This document shows, piece after piece, positions 31,870 to 40,887 of a stretch of DNA of 64,000 nt (within the stretch, counting starts at the first letter, position 1; every line of letters begins with the position of its first letter). The notes under the pieces are model-generated. The model searched no databases. It had not been told where the DNA came from and was given only the letters and a program-made list of their open reading frames with translations. Position numbers and translations under genes: made by a program. Source of the DNA: Candidatus Omnitrophota bacterium (GTDB lineage Bacteria > Omnitrophota > Gorgyraeia > Zapsychrales > Zapsychraceae); the NCBI GenBank assembly GCA_035292445.1, contig DATDQB010000024.1, positions 267 to 64,266 on the forward strand, in the 5' to 3' direction.

Positions 31870-32289
31870 ATGGGTAATGATATGAAAAGGATCATGAAGA
31901 GAATCAGGCAAAGAAGTGGCGCTTCGATGGTCGAGGTCATGGTCGCGGTAGGCGTCATGGTCATCGTTTTTGCGGGGCTTCTGCAGGTATTCTTATACAG
32001 CTCGGTCCTTGGGGAGATGTCGGGCAATATTACAACCGCGGTCAGCGCGGCCCAAAGCCAGTTAGAGGAGATCCGCGGGCATGAATTTGATGACATCACG
32101 ACCGATTATGGCGTAAGCGGCACGCCCGGAGATACCTTTAGTGTGGGAATGAACGGCGGCGCGGGTGCGATCACTATTACATCTGTTGAGACAAATTTGT
32201 TGCAGGTTCAAGTGACGGTCAGCTGGACCGAGAAAAACGGCCGCGCGATGTCGACCAGCATGACCAGCTTGTTGGCTAAACGAAATTAA
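31870..32289 (+). CDS. Prepilin-type N-terminal cleavage/methylation domain protein (pilin-like)
   Basis: RSGASMVEVMVAVGVMVIVFAGL leader/helix motif. Confidence 0.6.
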   Translation: MGNDMKRIMKRIRQRSGASMVEVMVAVGVMVIVFAGLLQVFLYSSVLGEMSGNITTAVSAAQSQLEEIRGHEFDDITTDYGVSGTPGDTFSVGMNGGAGAITITSVETNLLQVQVTVSWTEKNGRAMSTSMTSLLAKRN

Positions 32290-32313
32290 CGTATTGGACC
32301 AAAAGAGCCTATC

Positions 32314-32841
32314 ATGAAAATGATGGTGAAAAATTCGAGAAGCGGTTTTACGCTGGTGGAAGCCATGGTGGCCGTGATCCTGTTTTCGTTGCTATTCGGG
32401 GCCAGTATGCTGATCTACTTATCCGGCAACGAATCTTGGCATACCAATAGCGTCCGGCTCGAGCTGCAGCAGGAAATACGCAAAGGCATGAGCAAGGTCA
32501 TGGATGATCTGCGGCAAGCCGGAACATCAGTTGTCAGCATTAATGCGGATGGCACGTGGAATCCAACGATCTCGTTCCGCACGGTCACTGGGGTCTCCGG
32601 AGGCAGCGCGAGCTGGTCAACGAACCTCATCACGTATTCTGTGAGCAGCGATCAATTGGTCCGTCAGGTCGGTCTTTCTACGCCTGGTGTGGTTGCCATT
32701 GATATCGACTCTGTTCAATTCAGGCGGCAGGCATCAACGCCGGATATTGTTGAAGTGAATTTAGTGGCCCAAGGCACGACCTATAGAGGGCGCACGCTGA
32801 GCATATCGGCTGATTTTTCAATTCAATTAAGGAATGGGTGA
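32314..32841 (+). CDS. Prepilin-type minor pilin (PilW/FimT-like)
   Basis: RSGFTLVEAMVAVILFSLLFGA. Confidence 0.6.
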   Translation: MKMMVKNSRSGFTLVEAMVAVILFSLLFGASMLIYLSGNESWHTNSVRLELQQEIRKGMSKVMDDLRQAGTSVVSINADGTWNPTISFRTVTGVSGGSASWSTNLITYSVSSDQLVRQVGLSTPGVVAIDIDSVQFRRQASTPDIVEVNLVAQGTTYRGRTLSISADFSIQLRNG

Positions 32842-34358
32842 TACCTATGAACTGGGACATGATAATGAGCAAGAGATTAAGCAATGAAAAGGGCAGTTTA
32901 CTGATGATAACGTATATGATCATCGTCGTGTTCGTCGTTTTTGGTGCTATTTTTGTGGTCTCAACAGGCAATGACCGGCTGTTTGCCGAACGCCAGCGGC
33001 TGTCCACACAGGCGTTGTACATCGCGGAAGCCGGTATTGAGCGGGCCATTTATGATCTGCGCGAGGATTTTATTAATGATCCGACACCCGAATGGGATGA
33101 CGGCAATATTAACGGGATGATGATCGGCCCCAATACCGCCAGCTTTTTTACGGTTTCTTACACGGGAACAACGCTGAATAACGGCAGTTATACGGTGGAA
33201 TTGAAAAATGTGGCCGGACAAGATGATATCTGGATCCGCTCAACAGGCACATTAAACGATATCACGGAAACACTCCTTGTTTATGCCTCTATGAGTAACG
33301 TGGCGCCCTGGAATAACGCGATCTTTGGAGGTGCCGGGGCTGCCGGCGGTATGGTCAATGGCAATGTGAATATCCGCGGGTCGGTCCATATTCTAGGAGA
33401 AAATTTGGCGCCCACTGATCTAGCGGTGGACCTAGGCGGAACGGCGGATCTGATCGGAAATAATTATGATGGTCTGTCGGCCTCTTTATTGGCAAAAGTT
33501 CCTGCGTTGCCGACAGTCGATTTTAACGGAGAGACCGTCTCAACACTCAATGCCGAGTTGCGCGTTAAACACGGGCTTGTCGGGTTAAGCGGTTCCGCGA
33601 CCGCCGGTAATCCTGATGTCTTTGGAGACAGTGAAAAGGAAACCATCGATGGGAGCTTTGTTACCGATGGTTTTGGAGGGTCGATGGGCACCGCCAATGT
33701 CTATTCGGATAATGGCTGGTCGAATAATTATGATCTGGGTGATTCGGTCACTTTCCCAAGCTTATCCGATCCGTACGGAGCTTATTCAACATATCAAGCT
33801 TATTTAAAAGCCAATGCTTTGGTCATTAATAATGCGGCCGATTTGGCCCAGTTGTCCAGTATTACGCCGACGTCAAGTTTTAGTTACAGCAATGCCAATG
33901 GGAGCATATCAATGGATGGCAGCGGGAATATGGCCATCAGCGGCATTGTTTATGTCGAAGGCGGTAATTTTAATATGTCTAAGCAAGGCGCTGCTACAAC
34001 TATTAATTATACGGGTGTGGGGTCTATTTTAGTTGAAGGGACCTCCCAAATTGATCTGAATCTCGTTACTCCAGGGAACAGTTCTTATCCCACCAATATC
34101 ATGGCTGTCATGACGCCTAATTCGATCGGGTTCAACGAAGCCAATATCGACGTGATGGGGCTTTTTTATGCTGAAGATACGGTCGTTATACAAAAACAGA
34201 CCGATATCATGGGGACGATCGTCACTAACTATTTTGACATGGGTACGAACGTTCCTTCCATCTTCCAAGTTCCGGAAACAGCCAATAATTTGCCTGCCGG
34301 GCTAATCGGCAACGCTCCGGTTTATTCGTTTCGTATCGTTTCCTGGCAAAAGCAGTAA
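32838..34358 (+). CDS. PilX-N-domain minor pilin or tip protein, 506 aa
   Basis: GSLLMITYMIIVVFVVFGAIFVV...ALYIAEAGIERAIYDL matches the PilX_N pattern. The track start is GTG 32838; in-frame ATGs lie at 32847, 32862 and 32868. Confidence 0.55.
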   Translation: MIPMNWDMIMSKRLSNEKGSLLMITYMIIVVFVVFGAIFVVSTGNDRLFAERQRLSTQALYIAEAGIERAIYDLREDFINDPTPEWDDGNINGMMIGPNTASFFTVSYTGTTLNNGSYTVELKNVAGQDDIWIRSTGTLNDITETLLVYASMSNVAPWNNAIFGGAGAAGGMVNGNVNIRGSVHILGENLAPTDLAVDLGGTADLIGNNYDGLSASLLAKVPALPTVDFNGETVSTLNAELRVKHGLVGLSGSATAGNPDVFGDSEKETIDGSFVTDGFGGSMGTANVYSDNGWSNNYDLGDSVTFPSLSDPYGAYSTYQAYLKANALVINNAADLAQLSSITPTSSFSYSNANGSISMDGSGNMAISGIVYVEGGNFNMSKQGAATTINYTGVGSILVEGTSQIDLNLVTPGNSSYPTNIMAVMTPNSIGFNEANIDVMGLFYAEDTVVIQKQTDIMGTIVTNYFDMGTNVPSIFQVPETANNLPAGLIGNAPVYSFRIVSWQKQ

Positions 34359-34420
34359 TTTGAATATGTGCTTGTAAGGAAATTTCCCGCCCACTATAAT
34401 AAGTAAAAATCGCAATTGTT

Positions 34421-34669
34421 ATGAGCTTATCAACTGAAGAAAAGCAGCTTTTGCTGTCGCGCAGCCGAAGATTTCTTAATTATCTGGTCTTGAAGATCGG
34501 ATTATTTGCCATCGCCTCTGTTTGGGCTGTCGCCGATTTTGTCAACAGAGGGATTGCTATGCGCGTTGTCTACGTTGTGGTCGTTCTGGGGCTAATTTTT
34601 TACATTTACTTTTATTTGGACAGCAGGAAATATTTTCAGCACATCGACAAGATCGTTAAGTCTCAATAA
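34421..34669 (+). CDS. Small two-TM membrane protein
   Basis: 82 aa, two hydrophobic helices. Confidence 0.4.
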   Translation: MSLSTEEKQLLLSRSRRFLNYLVLKIGLFAIASVWAVADFVNRGIAMRVVYVVVVLGLIFYIYFYLDSRKYFQHIDKIVKSQ

Positions 34670-35358
34670 TGAATATTAAAATCATCTCTTCTATGGCGGT
34701 TTTGGCGGGATTGTTGTTAAGCTCCCACGCTCATGCCGCGCCGGCCTACGGGCCCAAATTGCCTGAGCGTAACCAGTTCCATCTGGGATTTCAATCGCAT
34801 ACTGTTTTTGAGCGCGAGCTATACCATGGGCATGGAGAAATGCGCAGCCAGCAGCAGTTCTTGCTCATCACCTACGGCATCACGGATTGGCTGTCGTTGG
34901 ACCTTAAAGCCGGCGGGGGAGATATCGAGCAAGAAAATGATTCAGGAAGCGAGTTCAAATACCCGACATATTTGGCGGGTGGCTATGGATTTCGTATCAA
35001 GCTGCTGGATAAAGAAAATACACGAGGTGTTTTTGGCTTCCAGCATATCAGCGCGCACCCTCGCCATATTGTTGTCAATGGCGTCAAGCACAAAGCGGTC
35101 CTGGATGATTGGCAGTTTTCGTTCTTAATATCGCACCAATTAGGTAAGTTCGAACCCTACGCCGGTGTCCGTTGGTCGCGGATGGATCACATCCATTGGG
35201 CGGATAATGTCCGCAAAAGGGTCAGATCAGACCTTGATAAAAGTACCGGCGCCATCCTAGGATTCAATCTTTATTTAAAGGATAACGTCTGGCTGAACGT
35301 CGAAGGCAACGCTTTCGACACCGAGGCCCTGGCCGCCGGCATCAATTTTCATTTTTAG
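34669..35358 (+). CDS. Outer-membrane beta-barrel protein (OmpW/OmpA-like small barrel)
   Basis: Signal peptide AVLAGLLLSSHAHA, alternating amphipathic strands, C-terminal ...GINFHF ending in Phe. Confidence 0.5.
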   Translation: MNIKIISSMAVLAGLLLSSHAHAAPAYGPKLPERNQFHLGFQSHTVFERELYHGHGEMRSQQQFLLITYGITDWLSLDLKAGGGDIEQENDSGSEFKYPTYLAGGYGFRIKLLDKENTRGVFGFQHISAHPRHIVVNGVKHKAVLDDWQFSFLISHQLGKFEPYAGVRWSRMDHIHWADNVRKRVRSDLDKSTGAILGFNLYLKDNVWLNVEGNAFDTEALAAGINFHF

Positions 35359-35366
35359 AGGTCACC

Positions 35367-36218
35367 ATGAATAACGCCATCCTATTGATCTCCTGCCCGG
35401 ACCAAAGAGGCATCACTGCCGGGATCACGGATTTTATCTACAAGAATAACGGCAATATCCTCCACGCCGACCAGCACATCGATGACCAGCATAACATTTT
35501 CTTCATGCGCGTGGAGTGGTCCTTGGATAATTTTAAGCTGAAAGTCGAGGATATTTCCGCCACTTTCAAGCCATTGGCTCAGAAATTCAAGATGTCTTGG
35601 GAGCTTTATTTTACCGGCGAGAAACTGCGCGCCGGAATTTTCGTTTCAAAACCGCTTCATTGCCTGTATGACCTTCTATCGCGTCAAATGACGGGCCAGC
35701 TGGGCTGTTTGTTCCCCCTTATTATCAGCAACCACCGTGAGGCGGGGGAACTGGCCACGAAATTCGGCATCAAGTTCCACTATCTTCCCATAGACGCCCA
35801 AAACAAAAAAGAACAGGAAAAGAAGGAATTGGAGATCCTGAAGAAAGAAAGGATCGATCTCATCATTTTGGCCCGCTACCACCAGATCCTATCGAGATCA
35901 TTCATTGAGCATTACCCGCACCAGATCATCAACATCCACCATTCGTTCTTACCCGCTTTTGCCGGTAAAGACCCTTACGCCCAAGCGTATGCCAAAGGCG
36001 TCAAGCTCATCGGTGCCACCAGCCATTATGTCAACGAAGAGCTGGACCAGGGGCCCATCATTGAGCAGGGCACGGTCCGGGTGAGCCATCGCGACAGCCT
36101 TGAGGACCTCAAGGATAAGGGGCAGGACCTGGAAAAAATTGTCCTTTATCGGGCGGTGCGCCTTCATATCGAACGCAAGATCCTTTGTTACCATAACAAA
36201 ACGGTCGTCTTCGGTTAA
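35367..36218 (+). CDS. purU: Formyltetrahydrofolate deformylase
   Basis: N-terminal ACT domain plus a formyltransferase core: HQIINIHHSFLPAFAGKDPYAQAY, ATSHYVNEELDQGPII. Confidence 0.85.
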   Translation: MNNAILLISCPDQRGITAGITDFIYKNNGNILHADQHIDDQHNIFFMRVEWSLDNFKLKVEDISATFKPLAQKFKMSWELYFTGEKLRAGIFVSKPLHCLYDLLSRQMTGQLGCLFPLIISNHREAGELATKFGIKFHYLPIDAQNKKEQEKKELEILKKERIDLIILARYHQILSRSFIEHYPHQIINIHHSFLPAFAGKDPYAQAYAKGVKLIGATSHYVNEELDQGPIIEQGTVRVSHRDSLEDLKDKGQDLEKIVLYRAVRLHIERKILCYHNKTVVFG

Positions 36219-36290
36219 TTTTCTTTAATTTTCCCCTTCGCGTCAATTTTTACTTCTCTTCAAGTTTTTTATTTATTCCCTTGATTAGTG

Positions 36291-36328
36291 TTAACCAACA
36301 AATTTATAATTATATAAAAGTTGGTTAA
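36291..36328. promoter_or_regulatory. Perfect 9-bp inverted repeat TTAACCAAC-N20-GTTGGTTAA just upstream of the RBS of the 36345 gene
   Basis: ttaaccaac at 36291-36299, gttggttaa at 36320-36328, RBS aaggagg at 36330-36336. Confidence 0.5.
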
Positions 36329-36344
36329 TAAGGAGGCTTTATCC

Positions 36345-36719
36345 ATGAAAGAGCGTTTGGAGCGTGAGTTGAAAAGGCTGCGGGCCGCTTACACAAGCAG
36401 CCGGCGCTCTTACCAGAGGTTCAAAAAGGGGTGTTTGGTCAAGAAAACCATCAAAGGCCGGCCGTATTATTACTTGGCCCAACGGCAGGGGAAAAAGGTT
36501 TTTTATACCTATCGGGGGAAGCTGGGCAAGAGAGAGATCGAAAGGTATGAGGCGGACAGGTGCCGGAGGAAAGATTGTTCTTGCGCGCTTAAAAACTTAA
36601 GAGAACAGATCGTTTGGCGGGAGCGGTTGATGAAAATTTTGCAGAGGGTGGAAGCTCATCCGCTGGATCTCGGTATTTTTGGGCCCGGCATCATACGCCT
36701 GGAGTTCCCAAAATTATAA
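36345..36719 (+). CDS. Basic hypothetical protein
   Basis: The track start at 36321 is TTG. ATG 36345 has a perfect aaggagg RBS 8 nt upstream. No recognisable domain. Confidence 0.45.
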   Translation: MKERLERELKRLRAAYTSSRRSYQRFKKGCLVKKTIKGRPYYYLAQRQGKKVFYTYRGKLGKREIERYEADRCRRKDCSCALKNLREQIVWRERLMKILQRVEAHPLDLGIFGPGIIRLEFPKL

Positions 36720-36817
36720 GTATTAATATTATAATTAAACTTTACACCTCTTTTCCTCTTTGATATAAATTAAGTTGAATTTAAGATGAAAAGTTGCTCC
36801 TCCACCCCTTAGAACAT

Positions 36818-36844
36818 CCGGAAAATCCATATTGCAATTTCCGG
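36818..36844. promoter_or_regulatory. Inverted repeat CCGGAAA-N13-TTTCCGG, about 40 nt upstream of the cupin gene
   Basis: ccggaaa at 36818-36824, tttccgg at 36838-36844. Confidence 0.4.
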
Positions 36845-36883
36845 ATAAATCTTATAGTATAAAAAGCCGTATTTTTATTAGGT

Positions 36884-37246
36884 ATGCCGACATTCATTCA
36901 AAAACCGACAGAGATCAAAGCGCACGGCAGTATCCCGAAAATCATCAGGGAATATATCGGCCGCGTTAACTCGAAGACCGAAGCCCTTAGCCTTGCCCAT
37001 ATGGTGAGCCCGGGCGGCTGGCAAGAACCGGGGCAAACTCCTGATTTTGACGAGTATACGCTGGTCCTTAAGGGATTGTTACACGTTAAGACCAGGCAGA
37101 AGACATTTGAGGTGAAGGCGGGAGAGGCTTTTGTGGCCCATCAAGGGGAATGGGTGCAATACAGCACCCCCAACAAGGAAGGCGCCGAATATATTGCCGT
37201 TTGCCATCCAGCTTTTTCGCCCGATACGGTGCATCGGGATAAATAA
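36884..37246 (+). CDS. Cupin-domain protein
   Basis: 120 aa, conserved beta-strand motif with two His/Gln positions (GEAFVAHQGEWVQYST...YIAVCHP). Confidence 0.5.
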   Translation: MPTFIQKPTEIKAHGSIPKIIREYIGRVNSKTEALSLAHMVSPGGWQEPGQTPDFDEYTLVLKGLLHVKTRQKTFEVKAGEAFVAHQGEWVQYSTPNKEGAEYIAVCHPAFSPDTVHRDK

Positions 37247-37249
37247 AGA

Positions 37250-37322
37250 TGGGCCATGCAGGACTCGAACCTGCCACCCAGTGATTAAGAGTCACTTGCT
37301 CTACCAGATGAGCTAATGGCCC
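37250..37322 (-). tRNA. tRNA-Lys (anticodon CTT)
   Basis: The reverse complement folds as a cloverleaf: acceptor GGGCCAT/ATGGCCC, D stem GCTC/GAGC, anticodon stem AGTGA/TCACT with loop CTCTTAA, T loop TTCGAGT. No encoded CCA. Confidence 0.85.
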
Positions 37323-37370
37323 GGAGGGTGATATTTATAACAAACTTTAAGGACGCTGTAAAGACATTTA

Positions 37371-37400
37371 AGCAGTAAGTCGTAAGCGGTAAGCGGTAAG
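37371..37400. repeat. Left arm (GTAAGC-unit tandem) of the inverted repeat flanking the four-helix-bundle gene
   Basis: agcagtaagtcgtaagcggtaagcggtaag. Complementary to 37826-37857 (cgcttactacttactgcttacagcttattgct). Confidence 0.7.
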
Positions 37401-37458
37401 TTTTTTAAAAAAAGGTTCATCCCCCTCATAAACAAGAATAAATAAACAGGAGGGGAAA

Positions 37459-37824
37459 ATGAAAGTAAAAACGTTTCAAGATTTGGTTGTTTGGCAAAAA
37501 GCACATGCATTTGTTTTAGAAGTGTATAAATTGACGAGACAATTTCCAGAGGAAGAACGGTTTGGGGTAACTACTCAGGTGCGCAGATCATCTGTTTCAA
37601 TTTGCGCAAATATAGTTGAAGGCTATAAAAAGAGCGATAGAGAGTTTTTAAGGTTTTTAGATATATCCCAAGCCTCGTTAGAAGAAACAAAATATCATTT
37701 AATTTTAAGTAAGGACTTAGGGTACTGTTTGCACAATACGTTCAATGAATTAACGGAAATATGTGATGAGTTGGGTAGAATGATAAATGGATTAATGAGA
37801 GCAATTAGAGCAAGCAAAACTTAA
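37459..37824 (+). CDS. Four-helix-bundle protein (TIGR02436 family, formerly called 23S rRNA intervening-sequence protein)
   Basis: LVVWQKAHAFVLEVYKLTRQFPEEERFGVTTQVRRSSVSICANIVEGYKK is the family signature. The gene is AT-rich and sits inside an inverted-repeat hairpin. Confidence 0.8.
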   Translation: MKVKTFQDLVVWQKAHAFVLEVYKLTRQFPEEERFGVTTQVRRSSVSICANIVEGYKKSDREFLRFLDISQASLEETKYHLILSKDLGYCLHNTFNELTEICDELGRMINGLMRAIRASKT

Positions 37825-37825
37825 C

Positions 37826-37857
37826 GCTTACTACTTACTGCTTACAGCTTATTGCTC
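37826..37857. repeat. Right arm of the inverted repeat flanking the four-helix-bundle gene
   Basis: See the left arm at 37371-37400. Confidence 0.7.
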
Positions 37858-37877
37858 AAATGGCTTGAAGGAGGAAT

Positions 37878-38693
37878 ATGGCTTCTATTAATATTGAGGA
37901 GTTTAAAAGTTTAGCCAAAGATTTCCGTAAACAAATCCTCGAAGTGACGCATGCCGCCGGAAGCGGCCATCCCGGAGGTTCCCTCTCGGCCGTTGAAATT
38001 CTTATAAGCTTATATGGCTATAAAATGAAACATAATCCCAAAGATCCAACCTGGGATGATCGGGACCGGCTGATCATCTCCAAAGGCCATTGCACACCGG
38101 TGGCGTATGTAACCTTAGCCAACTATGGGTATTTCCCCAAAGAGGAACTGAAAAGTTTCAGGAAATTAGGCAGCCGTTTGCAGGGCCATGTTCATATTTA
38201 TGCACCGGGGATTGAATTTAATACGGGTTCGTTGGGGCATGGTTTATCGGTTGCCAATGGCTGTGCGCTGGGCGCACGCCTGCGTCAAAAGAATTTCAAA
38301 GTCTATTGTCTGTTGGGCGACGGGGAATTGCAGGAAGGCTCCGTTTGGGAGGCGGCGATGAACGCGTCTCACCAGAAATTGGATAATATTTGCGCTATTG
38401 TCGATTACAACAAAGTCCAGCAGAACGGGCCCGTCAATGAGATCAAAAATTTGGAACCATTGGCGAAGCGTTGGGAAAGTTTCGGTTGGGAAGTGGAAGA
38501 GATCGATGGCCACGATTTCAATCAGCTTATGAAAGCGTTGGATAAATTCGATTCGGTTAAAGGCAAGCCTTATATGATCATCGCCAATACCTTAAAAGGC
38601 AAGGGCGTTTCGTTTATGGAATTGAATCCGGCGTGGCATGGCAAGGCGCCGAATGATGAAGAATTAAAGAAAGCGTTGGCGGAATTGAAATAA
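37878..38693 (+). CDS. Transketolase, N-terminal (thiamine-diphosphate-binding) subunit of a split enzyme
   Basis: HAAGSGHPGGSLS, GHCTP, GSLGHGLS, LLGDGELQEGSVWEA. Confidence 0.9.
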   Translation: MASINIEEFKSLAKDFRKQILEVTHAAGSGHPGGSLSAVEILISLYGYKMKHNPKDPTWDDRDRLIISKGHCTPVAYVTLANYGYFPKEELKSFRKLGSRLQGHVHIYAPGIEFNTGSLGHGLSVANGCALGARLRQKNFKVYCLLGDGELQEGSVWEAAMNASHQKLDNICAIVDYNKVQQNGPVNEIKNLEPLAKRWESFGWEVEEIDGHDFNQLMKALDKFDSVKGKPYMIIANTLKGKGVSFMELNPAWHGKAPNDEELKKALAELK

Positions 38694-38696
38694 CAA

Positions 38697-38759
38697 TGTA
38701 GGGGCGGGCCTTGCGTCCGCCCAGAAGATATTGGGCAACCGCAAGGGGTTGCCCCTACA
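38697..38759 (+). ncRNA. Structured intergenic element: 9-bp outer stem enclosing two GC-rich hairpins (three-way junction) between the transketolase halves
   Basis: tgtaggggc[gggcgg-gccttgcgt-ccgccc]agaagatatt[gggcaacc-gcaagg-ggttgccc]ctaca. Outer stem tgtaggggc/gcccctaca. Confidence 0.45.
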
Positions 38760-38781
38760 ATATTTCATCTAGGAGAATATT

Positions 38782-39738
38782 ATGTCAGAAATGCTACCAA
38801 CCCGTGACGGCTACGGAAAAGCGTTAGTCGAATGCGGCAAAAAAGATAAAAGGATTGTCGTTGTATCCGCCGACCTGGAAGATTCCACCCGCAGCAAATG
38901 GTTTGCCGAACAATTCCCCGAACGTGCCTTCACCGTCGGCATTGCCGAGCAGGACATGGTCGGCACCGCTGCCGGGTTGACCTTGAACGGCTTTACGGTG
39001 TTCATCAACTCATTCGCCGTATTTATGACGAACCGCGCGTATGACATGCTGCGCCTGGACGTTTGCTATAATAACCGAAATGTTAAGGTCATTTGCTCCC
39101 ATGCGGGGCTTACGGTCGGTGAAGACGGCGCCTCGGCCCAGTGTTTGGAAGACCTGGCGTTGATGCGGGTCCTGCCGAACATGAAAGTCGTCGTTCCCGT
39201 TGATGCCATTGAAGCGGCCAAGGCGACGCGCGCGTTTGCGGAAGAAGAAGGCCCCATGTACATGCGCACCAGCCGCGGGCCGTTTCCGGTTCTGACAAAA
39301 GAAACCGATCCCTTTGAGATCGGTCAAGCTAACGTTTTACGTGAAGGGAAAGACGTTACGATCATCGCCTGCGGGATCATGGTTTCCGAAAGCTTAAAGG
39401 CGGCGGAGCTGCTTAAAAAAGAAAAGATCGATGCCAAAGTCGTTAATATGCACACGATCAAACCTATTGACGAAACAATGATCGTTCAATCGGCCGTTTC
39501 TACTGGTGCGATTGTCACCGCCGAAGAGCACCAGGTCCACGGTGGGCTGGGAAGCGCGGTCGCGGAAGTCGTCACCAGGAAAGCCCCCGTTCCCATGGAA
39601 ATGGTCGCCGTCATGGATACATTCGGCGAATCAGGCAAGCCCGATGAATTATTGAAGGTGTATCACCTGAAAGACGTGGATATTGTGGCAGCGGTCAAAA
39701 AGGTTCTCAAACGGAAATTCGATACGGCCAAGGTCTAG
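38782..39738 (+). CDS. Transketolase, C-terminal (pyrimidine-binding plus C-terminal domain) subunit
   Basis: GIAEQDMVGTAAGL, typical of TktB-type split transketolases. Confidence 0.9.
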   Translation: MSEMLPTRDGYGKALVECGKKDKRIVVVSADLEDSTRSKWFAEQFPERAFTVGIAEQDMVGTAAGLTLNGFTVFINSFAVFMTNRAYDMLRLDVCYNNRNVKVICSHAGLTVGEDGASAQCLEDLALMRVLPNMKVVVPVDAIEAAKATRAFAEEEGPMYMRTSRGPFPVLTKETDPFEIGQANVLREGKDVTIIACGIMVSESLKAAELLKKEKIDAKVVNMHTIKPIDETMIVQSAVSTGAIVTAEEHQVHGGLGSAVAEVVTRKAPVPMEMVAVMDTFGESGKPDELLKVYHLKDVDIVAAVKKVLKRKFDTAKV

Positions 39739-39746
39739 GAGGGCAT

Positions 39747-40880
39747 ATGTCCCAATCAACGATGCAGCAGTTAGCACAGCACGGGCAAAGCGCGTGGCTT
39801 GATTTTATCAGCCGCTCGATGCTGGACTCGGGAAAACTCGAGGAGCTTATCCAAAATGGTTTGCGCGGCATGACCTCGAACCCGTCCATTTTTAACAACG
39901 CCATCGGCCAGACGAACGAGTATGACGAACAGATCATCAAATACAAACATCAGGGCAAGTCAACTTTTGAAATTTACGATGAATTGACGATCAAAGATAT
40001 TCAGGAGGCCTGCGACCTCTTTGCCGAGGTGTACAAAAAGACCAACCGTTTGGACGGTTACGTCAGCCTCGAGATTAACCCCAAACTGGCCAATAAGGTC
40101 GGTGAACAGATCGATGAGGGCCTGCGGCTTTTCAAGAAAGTCAAGCGGCCCAACTGCATGATCAAAGTCCCGTCAACCCAGGAAGGCTTTCCCGTTATCG
40201 AGGAGCTGATCGCCAACAAAGTGAACGTGAACGTCACATTGATCTTTTCGCTGGAACAGTACATGGAGACCGTTCAAGCGTATTTTCGCGGGCTGGATAG
40301 GCTTTCAAAGAAAGTGAACGATCTGAGCGTGGTCCGCTCGGTGGCGAGTGTTTTTGTCAGCCGGATCGATACGCTCGTTGACAAACAATTAAGCGAGCTT
40401 TTATCTAAAGAAAAAGATGAGACAAAAAAAGCCAAACTTCAACAGCTTAAAGGCAAAGCCGCGGTTGCCAACTGCCGCATCATTTTTGAGAAATTTAAAC
40501 AGCTTTTTTTCAGCGATGAGTTCAAGAGGCTATTCGATAAAGGCGCTAACGAACAGCGCGTCTTGTGGGGCTCGACCAGCACCAAGAACCCCGAGTACAA
40601 AGATATCAAATATGTCACGGAATTGATCACCAAACCGACGATCAACACGATTCCCGAAAAGACATTATACGCGTTTTTGGACCACGGCGAGGTCAAAGAG
40701 GCATTTGCCTATCCTGTTGAGGCAGCGGAAGAGACCATCGAAGAACTGCGCCAATGCGGCATCGATATCGATAAGGTGTGCCTGAAGCTGTTGGATGACG
40801 GAGTCGTGGCCTTTGAAGACGCCTTTGAAGCGTTGATGCACTCCATTGAGAAAAAAGCGGCCCAGCTTTCCTTAAGATAG
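39747..40880 (+). CDS. tal: Transaldolase
   Basis: QSAWLDFISR...MTSNPSIF plus a conserved active-site region. Adjacent to tkt and pgl. Confidence 0.8.
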   Translation: MSQSTMQQLAQHGQSAWLDFISRSMLDSGKLEELIQNGLRGMTSNPSIFNNAIGQTNEYDEQIIKYKHQGKSTFEIYDELTIKDIQEACDLFAEVYKKTNRLDGYVSLEINPKLANKVGEQIDEGLRLFKKVKRPNCMIKVPSTQEGFPVIEELIANKVNVNVTLIFSLEQYMETVQAYFRGLDRLSKKVNDLSVVRSVASVFVSRIDTLVDKQLSELLSKEKDETKKAKLQQLKGKAAVANCRIIFEKFKQLFFSDEFKRLFDKGANEQRVLWGSTSTKNPEYKDIKYVTELITKPTINTIPEKTLYAFLDHGEVKEAFAYPVEAAEETIEELRQCGIDIDKVCLKLLDDGVVAFEDAFEALMHSIEKKAAQLSLR

Positions 40881-40887
40881 TTGCGGT

